IMG/VR virus record: IMGVR_UViG_3300020595_000024 | Reading direction: 5' to 3' (one strand) | Source of the DNA: an uncultured virus (IMG/VR IMGVR_UViG_3300020595_000024) | Lineage: Duplodnaviria; Heunggongvirae; Uroviricota; Caudoviricetes; Crassvirales | DNA length: 64,000 nt | In this document: one piece after another, positions 1-10,081 of the stretch | Numbering within the stretch: position 1 is the stretch's first letter | Layout of the letters: the number at the start of each line of letters is the position of its first letter | The notes under the pieces: model-generated | What the model was told of the DNA's origin: nothing | The model's input: the letters and a program-made list of their open reading frames with translations, nothing else | Database searches by the model: none | Position numbers and translations under genes: made by a program

Positions 1-630
1 GAAGAAATTATCTCCATCATATCCAATGGCTGTATCATTTACTGGACTACCTCCTAATGGGATAGCCTGATAGTCTCCAAATACTCTCATTTTAGGAGTA
101 GATGTACCAGCACCAGCAACTTGATTCTCTGCTAATGATTGGTCAAATACCTCTCCCATTACTGGGTAAGAATTTCCCTTCGTTGCTAAATCTTCATAGT
201 ACAAGTTACTGTTACCTGAAGCCATTTTATATTTACCACCAATAAAGAAACCATGCTTCTTTACTTCAATGTTTTTATTTGCCTCAAGTCTATCCGTAAT
301 TGGATTATACTCAAAGTATTCTGTTACGATAGGTTTTGTAATTTGTACTTGAACATAAGCTATTACAGCATCACGATCCATTCCTAAAGTAGCTACAAGA
401 TCTTGCCCTGCTTCATTCTGAATACGATTGATATTTAATCTACGAAAAAATACTCTGTAATCAGTAGAGCTGTTTCTTTTAAATACTCGGTTTGATTTTA
501 TTTGTATTCTGTCTGTTAAGGTAGGGTGTGCGTTAACTGTCAATGAGCCGATTTCTTTGTTTCTAACTCTTGAACCTTCAAAACTAACCTTACCTGATTT
601 AAGTTCTGAAAATATTTTTATTTTTCCCAT
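1..630 (-). CDS. Hypothetical, probably virion-associated protein; 3' end runs off the window start (MGKIKIFSELKSGKVSFEGSRVRNK...)
   Basis: Read by hand: ATG at 630, frame open to position 1, 12 nt downstream of the 643..1410 stop; lies in the late gene block. Confidence 0.7.
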   Translation of the reverse strand, partial: MGKIKIFSELKSGKVSFEGSRVRNKEIGSLTVNAHPTLTDRIQIKSNRVFKRNSSTDYRVFFRRLNINRIQNEAGQDLVATLGMDRDAVIAYVQVQITKPIVTEYFEYNPITDRLEANKNIEVKKHGFFIGGKYKMASGNSNLYYEDLATKGNSYPVMGEVFDQSLAENQVAGAGTSTPKMRVFGDYQAIPLGGSPVNDTAIGYDGDNFF

Positions 631-642
631 TGTTATTTGTTT

Positions 643-1410
643 TTAGAATTGAATAAATAAGGCCATCTCATTCATTGATATTGTTCCAGCTACATCAGAT
701 TTTATTTGAAATCTAATCTTACCCGCATCACCTGCTGCGTTGGTGTTAATAGTGTCTCCTACAAAGAACTGAACACTTACAAGGTGTGGGTATGGTTCAT
801 CTGCTCCAGACTCCATTGCTAGACCTGCAGCATTAATTGGAAAGTCTTCAGCAGGCAATGCCGCTGAGTGTCTTTCTAAGAATATTCTTGAATCTAATCT
901 TCCTCCATCTTCATCTGGCTCAAAAGTTAATGAAGCTCTAAGGGTACAAGAAGAAGATTCTTGAAGTCCTTCTAGTAAAAATACTATTGGATCTCCTTCT
1001 GCTCCAGTACCCGAATGGCCTACAGAGTTAGCTTCTTTCATTGTCGTAACTCTTTCGTCAGCAATACCCCCTAAATGTACTCCACTAACTGGAGCTTGAA
1101 TTGTCATCACAACATCTTGCCATATATCTACCTGCTCTACAGGTATATCTATAGAAGTTCCTGTTGCATCTCCAAAGTATACTCCAGAAAGTAATCCGTA
1201 GTATCCTTGTGCATTTTGTTTAGAAAATTCAAGAACTTCTTGAAGCTCTAATTTAGTAGCGTCATCTATACCGCTAATTTCTACAGGTATTTGATCTCTA
1301 CCGGCAGCAAAGGTTTGGTTGGTATCAGTACATACGTATATTGATCCAACAGGAAGGATGTGGGGTATATCAGCCACTTTTCCGTAAAATTGATTTTGTA
1401 CTTGTTTCAT
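643..1410 (-). CDS. Hypothetical protein, probably structural/tail-associated (255 aa)
   Basis: Long ORF with an A-rich leader, downstream of the portal gene; no recognisable motif. Confidence 0.6.
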   Translation of the reverse strand: MKQVQNQFYGKVADIPHILPVGSIYVCTDTNQTFAAGRDQIPVEISGIDDATKLELQEVLEFSKQNAQGYYGLLSGVYFGDATGTSIDIPVEQVDIWQDVVMTIQAPVSGVHLGGIADERVTTMKEANSVGHSGTGAEGDPIVFLLEGLQESSSCTLRASLTFEPDEDGGRLDSRIFLERHSAALPAEDFPINAAGLAMESGADEPYPHLVSVQFFVGDTINTNAAGDAGKIRFQIKSDVAGTISMNEMALFIQF

Positions 1411-1435
1411 ATTATTGTTTTGGATTTTATATTAC

Positions 1436-1490
1436 AAAAAAAATGGGCTAAACAAGAGTCTTATAGTTAGTCTCCTTGTATTTTGCCCAC
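1436..1490 (-). terminator. Probable intrinsic terminator after the portal gene
   Basis: Minus-strand imperfect stem GTGGGC...GCCCAT followed by a T run. Confidence 0.55.
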
Positions 1491-1508
1491 CTCCTTCAAT
1501 GTTATTTA

Positions 1509-3905
1509 TTATTTATTTGTTTGTGTCTTAATTGTCTTTTTTATTTTTAAATCTTTCTCTTTGATAGCAATGTTGTCTCTATGCTTTTCCATGTCCTGAT
1601 CTAAACCTCTGTTCTTTATTCCCAGCTCAGCTTGAAACTTTATAAGATCTTCTTCAGTGGTATCTTGCTCAACACCCCTTTCTTTGCTTATGATGTTTAG
1701 CCTTTCTGTTTCAGCAGCTAGTTCCGCAATGTATCTTTTGGTTTCATCTTCTTGCTGGAAGTTAGCTTCTTCTCTTGCCATTTCAGCTTCTTGCATTTGT
1801 GCAGCTTGTTGTTGTTGTTGCTCAAATTGTTTTTGCTGTTGCTCACCTTGCTGTGCCTGAGCCTCTTTCATTTTCTTCTCATCTCTTTCTATCATTCGCT
1901 GAACCTCTCTTACGCTAGGAGAATTGTATATCTTCATTGCGGTAGAGAATGATAACATCTGATTCTGTAGCCCCATCTGAACCATAGAGTCAAGTCTTTG
2001 TTCCATTTGATTTATAGAGTTGTCGTTAGACATTTGTATTCCGTACTCTTCTTCAGCAAACTCATCTCCATCAATCTCCATTAACTGCTTTGTCATATCG
2101 TCAGCAATGTAAGCAAACTTCTTGCTATTACCTTTTAATGCAATTTTTGCAGTCTCTATAAGTATCTGGAAACATCTTTTCTTGCAAAAGTCATGCATGT
2201 TAAATAGTTCCTCTGTAATGTGGTTTGACTGACTAACAGCTCTTTCTATACCACCTACAGTCTCTCTGTTCTCAGTCTGACCAAGTCTCTGTCTAGATAC
2301 TCCTGTAATCTCATCCATCTGTGCCTTAGCAAACTCCATCATTTGTATGTGGGTCTGGATAAAGTCACCAACTCTTTGTTCAAGAACTTTACCAGTAGTG
2401 TTACCTACTGATCCCGCAAGCTTACCTTTTGCTTGACCTCTTTGTCCTTCTTTAAAACTATCTACTACAGATATACCAGACTTGCGTGCAAAGTATAACC
2501 ATTTTGTAATAGACCAGTCTTTAGGTATTTTTGCAACATCGAGCTCTATAATAGACCCCATGTACTTAGCCATTGCTTCATTCACTCTGAACCATGATAT
2601 GTCATACAGGTATTGGAATGGTTTAGCTCTGTCTACTAAAGATACAGCTTGTGCATCATTTGTATTATATACTTGACCAACTATACCACAAGAATTGAAG
2701 CTTGGTTGGTTAAACTTATTGTATTGTATTTCTCTAGGCTTGATCTGTACGTAGATGTCTTTACCTATCTTAACACCTTTCCACCATTGGTTTACCCAGA
2801 ATTTCTCCCAAGTCTCTCCCATGTTTTTGTCAAGGATGTAGTTTTCATCTCTGTACTTTACTTGCTCTTGGCCTTGCTCGTCAATGAATGTAACCTTGTA
2901 CACACACTTCTTAGATTTCCAGAACATTCGTAGAACTCTTATGTTACCACTCCCATCGGTGTAAGTACCTTTTCCTTGAGCTCCATTCCATACTCCAGAT
3001 GCATCTAAGAATGCATTTATGTTTTCTCTCTGTAGTATTTCGTAACCTGTCTTGTCATCAATTTGCCAGGACTCTCCGTCAGAGTCTTTTCCACTTGATC
3101 CTGTAAATCCTCCACTTTCTAGATCTAATACTTCTTTGTCTTTTAGATCTTGATAGAATGTATCTTGTATTTTACCAGGACTCCAGTAATCATCAATAAC
3201 TATAACATCAGCATCTTCCATTCTGTTAGAGTATCCTGATCTAAGCGTGTAAACCTTATGTGGGTTTAGCTTTTCAAATGTAACCTCTCCATTAACTATA
3301 TCAAAAGCATAAGCTTCTTCTCCGCCAATAAGTGCGTCTTTAAATCCTTGCTGGAACTTATTCTTCATGTCAAGTTCAGCTATGTAATGTCTTATCAGTA
3401 AGTTAGCTCTTTTTTCTCTAATGTCCTGGTAGTCCATGTTAATGTACTCAGCAAAATCTTCAAGTTCTTTAGCTATCTCTTCTTCTGATCCACCTTCTGC
3501 TTGTAGCATCATCTGAATCTTTTCGTCAATCATTGCCTTCTTGTCTGTCTTTATTTTAGACAATGTCTCTGGATTGGTAATAGTAGCAGACCAGTCGAAT
3601 TTTCTTCTAGACTCTTCTCCAACCAGTACATTTACTCTTGGCGTGATTATAGGGTAGTGCTGTATAGTGTCGGGAACATAGTATTGTTCCATCTCGCCTG
3701 GGTTAATAACAAGCTTTAAATCCTTCATGTCTATAATTCCGTTGTATAGATTCTGATTTATTACCTTGTCCTTTATCTTCTTTCTAGTAGTCTCGCTACC
3801 TAAGAAGCTATTATTGTCAGCCCAGTCTAAGTGCTCTTTTCTCCAAGCAGTATTTTTCTTTCTAAAAGAAAGCTTTTGTCTTGGAAATGTTTTAATTGAT
3901 GACAT
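1509..3905 (-). CDS. Portal protein (crAss-like type, 798 aa)
   Basis: Adjacent to the terminase; size and segments (HYPIITPRVNVLVGEE, SLVDRAKPFQYLYD, EITGVSRQRLG, ETVGG) fit crAss-like portals; Q/E-rich coiled-coil C-terminus. Confidence 0.9.
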   Translation of the reverse strand: MSSIKTFPRQKLSFRKKNTAWRKEHLDWADNNSFLGSETTRKKIKDKVINQNLYNGIIDMKDLKLVINPGEMEQYYVPDTIQHYPIITPRVNVLVGEESRRKFDWSATITNPETLSKIKTDKKAMIDEKIQMMLQAEGGSEEEIAKELEDFAEYINMDYQDIREKRANLLIRHYIAELDMKNKFQQGFKDALIGGEEAYAFDIVNGEVTFEKLNPHKVYTLRSGYSNRMEDADVIVIDDYWSPGKIQDTFYQDLKDKEVLDLESGGFTGSSGKDSDGESWQIDDKTGYEILQRENINAFLDASGVWNGAQGKGTYTDGSGNIRVLRMFWKSKKCVYKVTFIDEQGQEQVKYRDENYILDKNMGETWEKFWVNQWWKGVKIGKDIYVQIKPREIQYNKFNQPSFNSCGIVGQVYNTNDAQAVSLVDRAKPFQYLYDISWFRVNEAMAKYMGSIIELDVAKIPKDWSITKWLYFARKSGISVVDSFKEGQRGQAKGKLAGSVGNTTGKVLEQRVGDFIQTHIQMMEFAKAQMDEITGVSRQRLGQTENRETVGGIERAVSQSNHITEELFNMHDFCKKRCFQILIETAKIALKGNSKKFAYIADDMTKQLMEIDGDEFAEEEYGIQMSNDNSINQMEQRLDSMVQMGLQNQMLSFSTAMKIYNSPSVREVQRMIERDEKKMKEAQAQQGEQQQKQFEQQQQQAAQMQEAEMAREEANFQQEDETKRYIAELAAETERLNIISKERGVEQDTTEEDLIKFQAELGIKNRGLDQDMEKHRDNIAIKEKDLKIKKTIKTQTNK

Positions 3906-3970
3906 ATTTTATTTTTTACAAAATTACGTTATTATATATTTTTTTTACATTATTCTTTATAGCTCAAATG

Positions 3971-6307
3971 TTATCTTTCTCCTAAGACTCCAGAGTCTAT
4001 AACTCTTTGCCAATTCTTGTCAATAAAGTCATCTCCTGTAGCATTAAAGTGATTATCTCCATTGTCTCTTTCGTCATACTTATCTATCAGTTTAAGCCTG
4101 TCTTCTCTGAGTATCATAACCATATCCATAGCAGAACATCTATCAAAGTTACCATCAGGATTCCAAGCTATACATTCTTTGATGTACCCTATACTTCTAA
4201 TCCTTCTAAGGTTTGGCACACTAACTACTACAGCTTCACCTGTAACCTCGTCAATAGTGTCCTGCTCATACTGAGATAACATCCACTGTCTTTGCAGTGT
4301 TTTACCTAGCTTTATTACTTCCTTTGTTGTTCTAGTACCTTTAGCTCTGTTTCCATGAAGCACAGACTTAACGATGTCCATGTCTCTAAGTATTTCTGGC
4401 GTATCAGAAAGTAAGTACAATGCATTAGCATTAGAGAAGTAACTAAACATTCCTTTAAGGTTATTCTCGTAGTTTGTTCTAGCATTGTAGAACTTAGTTA
4501 ACCTAAGACATGTCTCGTAAAAGTCAGATGCTAGTACAGGTCTTCCTGTGTATTCGGCAACTATCTTATCAGTCCATAAGTCAAATATCATTATTGTAGC
4601 TAACGATCCATTTACTGTGTAATCATTATCTACAGGATCGACACCACCAATATACCTGTCGGCATACACTTGATTGTTTCTATCCTTGTGTGGCATTTCG
4701 AATATCTCTATAGCTCCGTCAGAGTCACCACCTTTCACTGTGAATGGGTAATCCCTGATAGGAGTTATGTCGCCAACACTGTTCCAGATTACTCCGCCCA
4801 TGTTGTCAGCAGATAATCTACCCACCCAGTGCTCGTCAGTGAATCCTTCTATTCTAGGCATTATTTCTTCTAGTAAATCTCTAAGATCTGCTACAGGGAA
4901 TGCTGACCCTTCTTTTCTCATTATTGCCTCTTGAGGCGTGATAGGGTGTTCTGCCTTTAGCTGTATAATAGCATTAGGATCAGAAGCACCGTACTTTGTT
5001 TTTATTCTGTTTTTTACTGTAAGTATAAGTGCACCAATAACATCACTGTTACCGTCTTTGTCATACTTGCCTTTAAAGTTCATGTATGTCCCAAAGAAAA
5101 ATGCACACCTACCCTTACCTCCGGTGTTCTTGTCAAACACGTTAGGAAGGTCTTGTATGTTGTAACCTCTTGAGTTATAGAAGATTTCTTCTAAACCCTC
5201 AAAGGCTGCACCTTCAGTACCACCTGTACCATAGGCATTCATTAATCCAAAGGCAAAACCATCCTCTTCTACTGATGGTCTAGCAATACCCCATGCGGTT
5301 AGGAAGTTATCAAACTTACCTGCTTCCTCCCATTCTATGAGAGACCCCCTTTTACCACGGGCTTTTTCTGCATCATTCTTTAATGTAACACCCATAACTT
5401 CGTTAAGAGTACCTACATCAGTTCCTGACTTATTATCTTTCCTACCCATCTTCCATTGCATGTCATTCATAGAATCCTTTAGGGATCTGTTCCCTGGGAA
5501 TCCAGTATGGACTGCACAAAAGTCTGCAATAGCAATAAACTTGTTTAGAACACCATCCTTAGTCAAGTATTCTTTTTCATTTGCTATAGCGTAGGACTTT
5601 ATTTTCTTTCTTGCGTGCTCGTATTCTCCTACAATAAAGTTTCTTCCTAGTTTTGATCCACCTTTAAATGAAAAACCAGAACCCCTTTTCTTTAGAGTAG
5701 CTGTGTGCTTACCTGCATTTCTTGCTTTTTCTAAGTAATGAAAGAATAAGTAATCTCCGTCATAAGGATTAGGGAAGTCTTCTACCCTACCTGCCATCTT
5801 AGTACCCTCTACGGCATCTACTTTTAGTATTGGCGAGTAGTTCCAATAGAAGTATAAGTATCCAGGGATCCATTCTCCATCGCTTTCTCTTACTAAACCT
5901 TCTCTACATCTTCTAGCCTCTTCTTTCCAAAACTTAAAATATTCACTATTTGGGTTTCTATTCTGGGTAAGCAAAGAATATGTGCCGTGCTTTTGAAAAT
6001 GCAATGCTGCACTCCTGAAGAAATCCATATCTTCTAGAATGTGCGGGTTGGTAATATCAACAATAATCCTTCCTTCAGGATCTAATTCTCTTTTCTTAGA
6101 CTTAGGGTCAATAGGCTCTAGCTCATAGAATGGATTGTTCCATCTATCTAGATCGCATGCTCTTTTTCTGTCTGTGCTAGATAGGTTTTGTATAAACTGT
6201 ATGCTATCTATAACATCTAACAAGTCTCTTCTTTCCTCTTGTTCAAGAGAATTCATTAGCTCATCGTCTAGCTGTGTCTGGTGCTTGTTGTATATTCTTG
6301 TTTCCAT
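3971..6307 (-). CDS. terL: Terminase large subunit (778 aa)
   Basis: Walker A-like KKRGSGFS, Walker B LIEWEEAGKF, coupling motif YGTGG, RNase H-like nuclease YIGGVDPVD, C-terminal NFDR. Confidence 0.93.
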   Translation of the reverse strand: METRIYNKHQTQLDDELMNSLEQEERRDLLDVIDSIQFIQNLSSTDRKRACDLDRWNNPFYELEPIDPKSKKRELDPEGRIIVDITNPHILEDMDFFRSAALHFQKHGTYSLLTQNRNPNSEYFKFWKEEARRCREGLVRESDGEWIPGYLYFYWNYSPILKVDAVEGTKMAGRVEDFPNPYDGDYLFFHYLEKARNAGKHTATLKKRGSGFSFKGGSKLGRNFIVGEYEHARKKIKSYAIANEKEYLTKDGVLNKFIAIADFCAVHTGFPGNRSLKDSMNDMQWKMGRKDNKSGTDVGTLNEVMGVTLKNDAEKARGKRGSLIEWEEAGKFDNFLTAWGIARPSVEEDGFAFGLMNAYGTGGTEGAAFEGLEEIFYNSRGYNIQDLPNVFDKNTGGKGRCAFFFGTYMNFKGKYDKDGNSDVIGALILTVKNRIKTKYGASDPNAIIQLKAEHPITPQEAIMRKEGSAFPVADLRDLLEEIMPRIEGFTDEHWVGRLSADNMGGVIWNSVGDITPIRDYPFTVKGGDSDGAIEIFEMPHKDRNNQVYADRYIGGVDPVDNDYTVNGSLATIMIFDLWTDKIVAEYTGRPVLASDFYETCLRLTKFYNARTNYENNLKGMFSYFSNANALYLLSDTPEILRDMDIVKSVLHGNRAKGTRTTKEVIKLGKTLQRQWMLSQYEQDTIDEVTGEAVVVSVPNLRRIRSIGYIKECIAWNPDGNFDRCSAMDMVMILREDRLKLIDKYDERDNGDNHFNATGDDFIDKNWQRVIDSGVLGER

Positions 6308-6861
6308 TATATACCCATATCATCAAACACACCGGTTTGTCTGTTACCAGACTGTGTCTTAAGTTCTTTTTCTTTTATAACTTCTTCTTCTATCTGGTTA
6401 AGTGCTTTTACCAGCTTAGGTATTTTCTCTACAGCACTAACAACCTTACCTATGTCAAAGATAGGCTTATTTGTTTTTAGATCTCTTTCATTAACATCAA
6501 CAACGTCAAGGAATGTAGATATCTTTTGCACAACACCTCTTGTACTTCTAAGCAACTTTGTTGAAGTTGTCTCAGATAGTTTCTTGTAGTATTCTATAGC
6601 GTCCTCTATGTAGTCAGGGCGTTCCCAGTCATTTGGTAATGCATCCATGTCGCGACATATAGCCTCGTGTCTTTCATTCTCGTCAAGAATGTACTGGAAG
6701 TCACTTCTGTCATCACAGATGTAATAAACATAAGACATCTCTGCTACAGCATTAACTTTTTCTTTATCTTTATCATTGTCCCATATCTTTTTAAATGGGG
6801 TCAACAGTAGTGCCTGCGGGCTAAATACTACCTGGTAATTCTTTATTTCAAAAATATTCAT
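6307..6861 (-). CDS. Hypothetical protein coupled to terL (possible small terminase); likely start MNIFEIK at 6861
   Basis: Stop overlaps the terL start; the longer ORF start at 6915 lies inside a promoter/terminator. Confidence 0.6.
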   Translation of the reverse strand: MNIFEIKNYQVVFSPQALLLTPFKKIWDNDKDKEKVNAVAEMSYVYYICDDRSDFQYILDENERHEAICRDMDALPNDWERPDYIEDAIEYYKKLSETTSTKLLRSTRGVVQKISTFLDVVDVNERDLKTNKPIFDIGKVVSAVEKIPKLVKALNQIEEEVIKEKELKTQSGNRQTGVFDDMGI

Positions 6862-6884
6862 ATCTCTCTCCTTTTGTTCTTTTG

Positions 6885-6921
6885 CGAATATACAAAAAAA
6901 AACCCACTCTGTCAAGTGGGC
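6885..6921 (-). promoter_or_regulatory. Bacteroidota-type promoter (CTTG-N20-TATATTCG) overlapping a terminator hairpin CCCACT/AGTGGG plus T run
   Basis: Near match to the Bacteroidota -33 TTTG / -7 TAnnTTTG consensus with 20-nt spacing. Confidence 0.5.
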
Positions 6922-6938
6922 CTATAATAATAATTGCA

Positions 6939-7220
6939 TTATTTTTTGCTTCTTGATCTTTTCTTTGTTATTGGTAAAGATTTTTCAAGCATATTGTACT
7001 TTACTGTAAGTGACCTGTACTCTTGTAGGCCTGTCTCAAAATTGCTTTTAAGTCTCCAGTTTTCTCTTTTAAGGCATTCTGCATATTCTTCTTCCTGAGC
7101 TAGTTTACCTCTAAGATAAACCACTACTAGCTGTTCTCTTCTTAGTTTCTTTACGTAAAAGTAAATAAGTCCTAGCAGTACGCTAAGGAATAAGATGAGG
7201 CCTGTAAATTGATAAATCAT
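6939..7220 (-). CDS. Small membrane-anchored coiled-coil protein (93 aa)
   Basis: N-terminal hydrophobic helix FTGLILFLSVLLGLIYFYV followed by a charged helical region. Confidence 0.6.
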   Translation of the reverse strand: MIYQFTGLILFLSVLLGLIYFYVKKLRREQLVVVYLRGKLAQEEEYAECLKRENWRLKSNFETGLQEYRSLTVKYNMLEKSLPITKKRSRSKK

Positions 7221-7251
7221 AATAGTTTTTTTTAATTATTGCTTAATCTGG

Positions 7252-7283
7252 TAAATATACGTATAATATATTTACCAGCCAAA
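7252..7283 (-). promoter_or_regulatory. Bacteroidota-type promoter (TTTG-N20-TATATTTA) overlapping a 12-bp inverted repeat
   Basis: Motif and spacing read directly from the sequence. Confidence 0.5.
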
Positions 7284-7322
7284 CATTAGAGGGCTTAATC
7301 GATTAAGTGCAAATATATTCGA

Positions 7323-8891
7323 TTAAAAGATAGCACACTCTGTTAGTAGTATCATTCCTGCTGCTGAATTAGCACTTTCTAAAGCTACTCTTGTAACTTT
7401 TAACGGATCAATAACTCCTTCATCTTTCATTATAGCATACCTGTCTAGTTTTGCATTATATCCCCAGCCTTCCTCAAGAGCTCCAACATCAGCAAGAGTA
7501 ACATCGCCACTCTTACCAGCATTTTCTGATATAATTTTAACAGGCCTTGCTATTGCCTCCTTAATAATTTGTGCACCTACATTCTCATCACCCATCAACA
7601 ATGTAATTGCTGATCTAGCTCTAAGAAGTGCAGATCCACCTCCATCTACTATTCCTTCCTCTATTGCTGCTCTTACTGCACAAAGTGCATCGTCAGCTCT
7701 GTCTTTCTTTTCTTTTGCTTCTGTAGGAGAAGATGCTCCAACATATACTACAGCTACACCACCAGATAGCTTTGCTATTCTTGATCTAAGTTGCTTAGCC
7801 TCATGCTCTGAAGATGCGTCTTCTACTTTTCTAGTAAGTTGTCCAACCCTGTCTAATATAACATTGTCGTCACCTCTACCATTTACAATCACTGTACTAG
7901 TTCTCTCTACAGTTATTCCTTCTGCTCCACCAAACATTTCTTCAGATATATTATCCTCTGTTAATGCTTCTAGAGTAAATCCTGTTGATTCAGAAAATAC
8001 AACGCTATTTGTTAGCACTGCAATGTCTGTTAAGTTCTCAAATCTACTTTCGCTAAATCCTGGTGCTTTTATAGCAACAGACAGCAAAGACTTATGTACC
8101 TTATTTACAACTAGTTGCGATAAAGCTTGTCCATCTATATCTTCTGCAATAACTACTAGAGGTCTTCCAGTCTTTTTTGCAAGAGTCATTACAGGGATAA
8201 TGTCATCCATGTTGTTTATCTTTTTGTCACACAACAAGAACATGGGGTTTTCTAGTTCTGACATTGTACCTTCCTGATTTGTAGGGAACAATGGAGACAC
8301 ATAGCCTCTGTCAAACTGCATGCCAGTCACAACATCTATGTATGTATTGTGATTAGGTGACAATTCGACAGATACAACTCCCTGTTTTCCTACCTTAGTA
8401 AAAGCTTCTGCCAACATGTCTCCTAGTTCAGGATCATTGTTTGCCGATATAGCTGCAACTTGTCTAACCTCTGGGCCATCTAGTTCAATCTGAGTGCTAT
8501 TATCTTTTAGATACTTTACAACTTCAACGACAGCTTTATCCATACCTCTTTTTAGGTCTATTGGATTAGCACCTGCTGCAATGTTCTTAAATCCTTCGGA
8601 TACTATTGCTTGTGCTAAAACTGTAGCAGTTGTAGTTCCATCTCCAGATATCTTTCCTGCTAGAGTGGCAACTTCTTTAATCATCTGTGCACCAATGTTT
8701 TCTAGAGTATCATCAAGATCCTCTATTGCCTCAGCTACAGTAACTCCATCCTTAGTAACTAATGGCTTCTGTCCATTCTTTACTATAACTACATTACGAC
8801 CCTTTGGGCCCATTGTAACTGACACAGCATCTCCAAGAGTATCTACTCCACGCTTTAATCCTGCTAATGTGTTGTTTAATATTACTTCCAT
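7323..8891 (-). CDS. groEL: Phage-encoded group I chaperonin GroEL (522 aa)
   Basis: VTMGPKGRNVV, TKDGVTVA, GDGTTTATVLAQA, GMQFDRGY, KAPGF, RIAKLSGGVAV, GVIDPLKVTR; lacks the GGM tail. Confidence 0.97.
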   Translation of the reverse strand: MEVILNNTLAGLKRGVDTLGDAVSVTMGPKGRNVVIVKNGQKPLVTKDGVTVAEAIEDLDDTLENIGAQMIKEVATLAGKISGDGTTTATVLAQAIVSEGFKNIAAGANPIDLKRGMDKAVVEVVKYLKDNSTQIELDGPEVRQVAAISANNDPELGDMLAEAFTKVGKQGVVSVELSPNHNTYIDVVTGMQFDRGYVSPLFPTNQEGTMSELENPMFLLCDKKINNMDDIIPVMTLAKKTGRPLVVIAEDIDGQALSQLVVNKVHKSLLSVAIKAPGFSESRFENLTDIAVLTNSVVFSESTGFTLEALTEDNISEEMFGGAEGITVERTSTVIVNGRGDDNVILDRVGQLTRKVEDASSEHEAKQLRSRIAKLSGGVAVVYVGASSPTEAKEKKDRADDALCAVRAAIEEGIVDGGGSALLRARSAITLLMGDENVGAQIIKEAIARPVKIISENAGKSGDVTLADVGALEEGWGYNAKLDRYAIMKDEGVIDPLKVTRVALESANSAAGMILLTECAIF

Positions 8892-9467
8892 CTATTGTGC
8901 TTTTTTTGATATGTATTTTAAATTTCTTTCTGACACATTTATGTAGTCGTTACCATCTATAGTTATAATAGGAATCTTTATCTCTGACTCCTTATTTACC
9001 TTCTGACCCATGTTCTCTCCAAGTTGAACTCTCATGCTCTCAAAGTTTAGAACAACCTCTGTTCCTTTGAATGCTTGTTGAACTTGTGGCCCATGTGCCA
9101 TTACCATTTGCTTCTCCTGGTAATCAACTTCTGCACCACCATCCATTAAGGCTGTGGCTAACAATAGTCCTGATGAAGTTCTAACCTTATTTCTCTTTGC
9201 AGATAAAAAGATTGAATTAAACATAGGCTCTACATCATCGCTTAGAGGTACTACATTCATAGAGTTGTTGTAAAGTAACTCTTTTACTTCAGCCTCAGCA
9301 CCAGACATCTTCTTAGCATCCTCTGCTTTGCCATCTGCTCCCTTAAGAGTCTTATCTCTTTCAGCAAAGTATCCTTTAATATCGTTAGTAAGCTCCTGCT
9401 TGTTCTTGTTTTTTAAGTTGTCATCTTGTGCTTGACTACTCTTTATTTCTTTTCCTTGCATTTTCAT
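8892..9467 (-). CDS. groES: GroES-like co-chaperonin with an N-terminal extension (191 aa)
   Basis: C-terminal part follows the GroES pattern: VEPMFNSIFL, mobile loop RTSSGLLL, VMAHGP, GTEVVL, IDGNDYINVSERNL; directly abuts groEL. Confidence 0.75.
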   Translation of the reverse strand: MKMQGKEIKSSQAQDDNLKNKNKQELTNDIKGYFAERDKTLKGADGKAEDAKKMSGAEAEVKELLYNNSMNVVPLSDDVEPMFNSIFLSAKRNKVRTSSGLLLATALMDGGAEVDYQEKQMVMAHGPQVQQAFKGTEVVLNFESMRVQLGENMGQKVNKESEIKIPIITIDGNDYINVSERNLKYISKKAQ

Positions 9468-9705
9468 TCATTTTTCTGTACATGTAAAAGCTAGCATATA
9501 GCTTACCTATGCACGGTATATTAAAATTTGTTTTCATTGCATCGAATTCTTCCCTTGTTAGGTTAGGATCAAAGTGCAATTCTTTTGTCTTTTTTCTGAT
9601 AAACTCGTACTGACTTTCTATTGCCTTGATTACCACCTCTTTAGGTATAGACATCTCTTCAGATATTTTCTCTATCTTTATTTTATCGTCACTACTTAGT
9701 TTCAT
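9436..9705 (-). CDS. IHF/HU-like small DNA-binding protein
   Basis: Helix-helix region KISEEMSIPKEVVIKAIE followed by FNIPCIGKLY, as in HU/IHF; crAss-like phages carry IHF-like genes near the terminase. Confidence 0.6.
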   Translation of the reverse strand: MKLSSDDKIKIEKISEEMSIPKEVVIKAIESQYEFIRKKTKELHFDPNLTREEFDAMKTNFNIPCIGKLYASFYMYRKMNENARKRNKE

Positions 9706-10081
9706 CTATCTCAAAATTAAATATTAGTTTGAATTCATTTGATCCAGAATCCATTTTTGGTACTAATGATTTGTGTATCTTGTTTTCTTTTGTTATTACA
9801 TCTTTTCTTCTTAGTGCAGTAAGCAAGTTATTAAATACTCCTGCTTTCATTCCACCAAGATCTTCTCTTACTTGTGCTCTTGTCTCCTTAGAAAATAGAA
9901 GCTTGTCCACTAAGACTTCATTGCTTATCTCTTTACTAAGTTCGGATCGGTAATAAAGAAGGGCACTTAGTGCTTCCATTTCTTTATTTGCTAGCTTATG
10001 ATATGGCTGAAGAAACTTTAACCAATACATAAACAGATTTCTCTTGTCTGTACGTATTGACTTTACACTAGTATTCTTCAT
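9692..10081 (-). CDS. Hypothetical protein, possibly winged-helix (129 aa)
   Basis: Overlaps its neighbours in the operon; VREDLGGMKAGVFNNLLTALRRKDVI resembles a wHTH. Confidence 0.55.
   Translation of the reverse strand: MKNTSVKSIRTDKRNLFMYWLKFLQPYHKLANKEMEALSALLYYRSELSKEISNEVLVDKLLFSKETRAQVREDLGGMKAGVFNNLLTALRRKDVITKENKIHKSLVPKMDSGSNEFKLIFNFEIDETK

Noticed and set aside
1790..1860. Poly-Gln-encoding repeat in the portal gene
   Set aside because: Ordinary low-complexity coiled-coil coding sequence.
3971..6307. Introns or inteins in terL (also checked in nrdA, dnaB and the virion RNAP)
   Set aside because: The ORFs are continuous and of ordinary length, with no intein splice motifs or homing-endonuclease inserts recognised.
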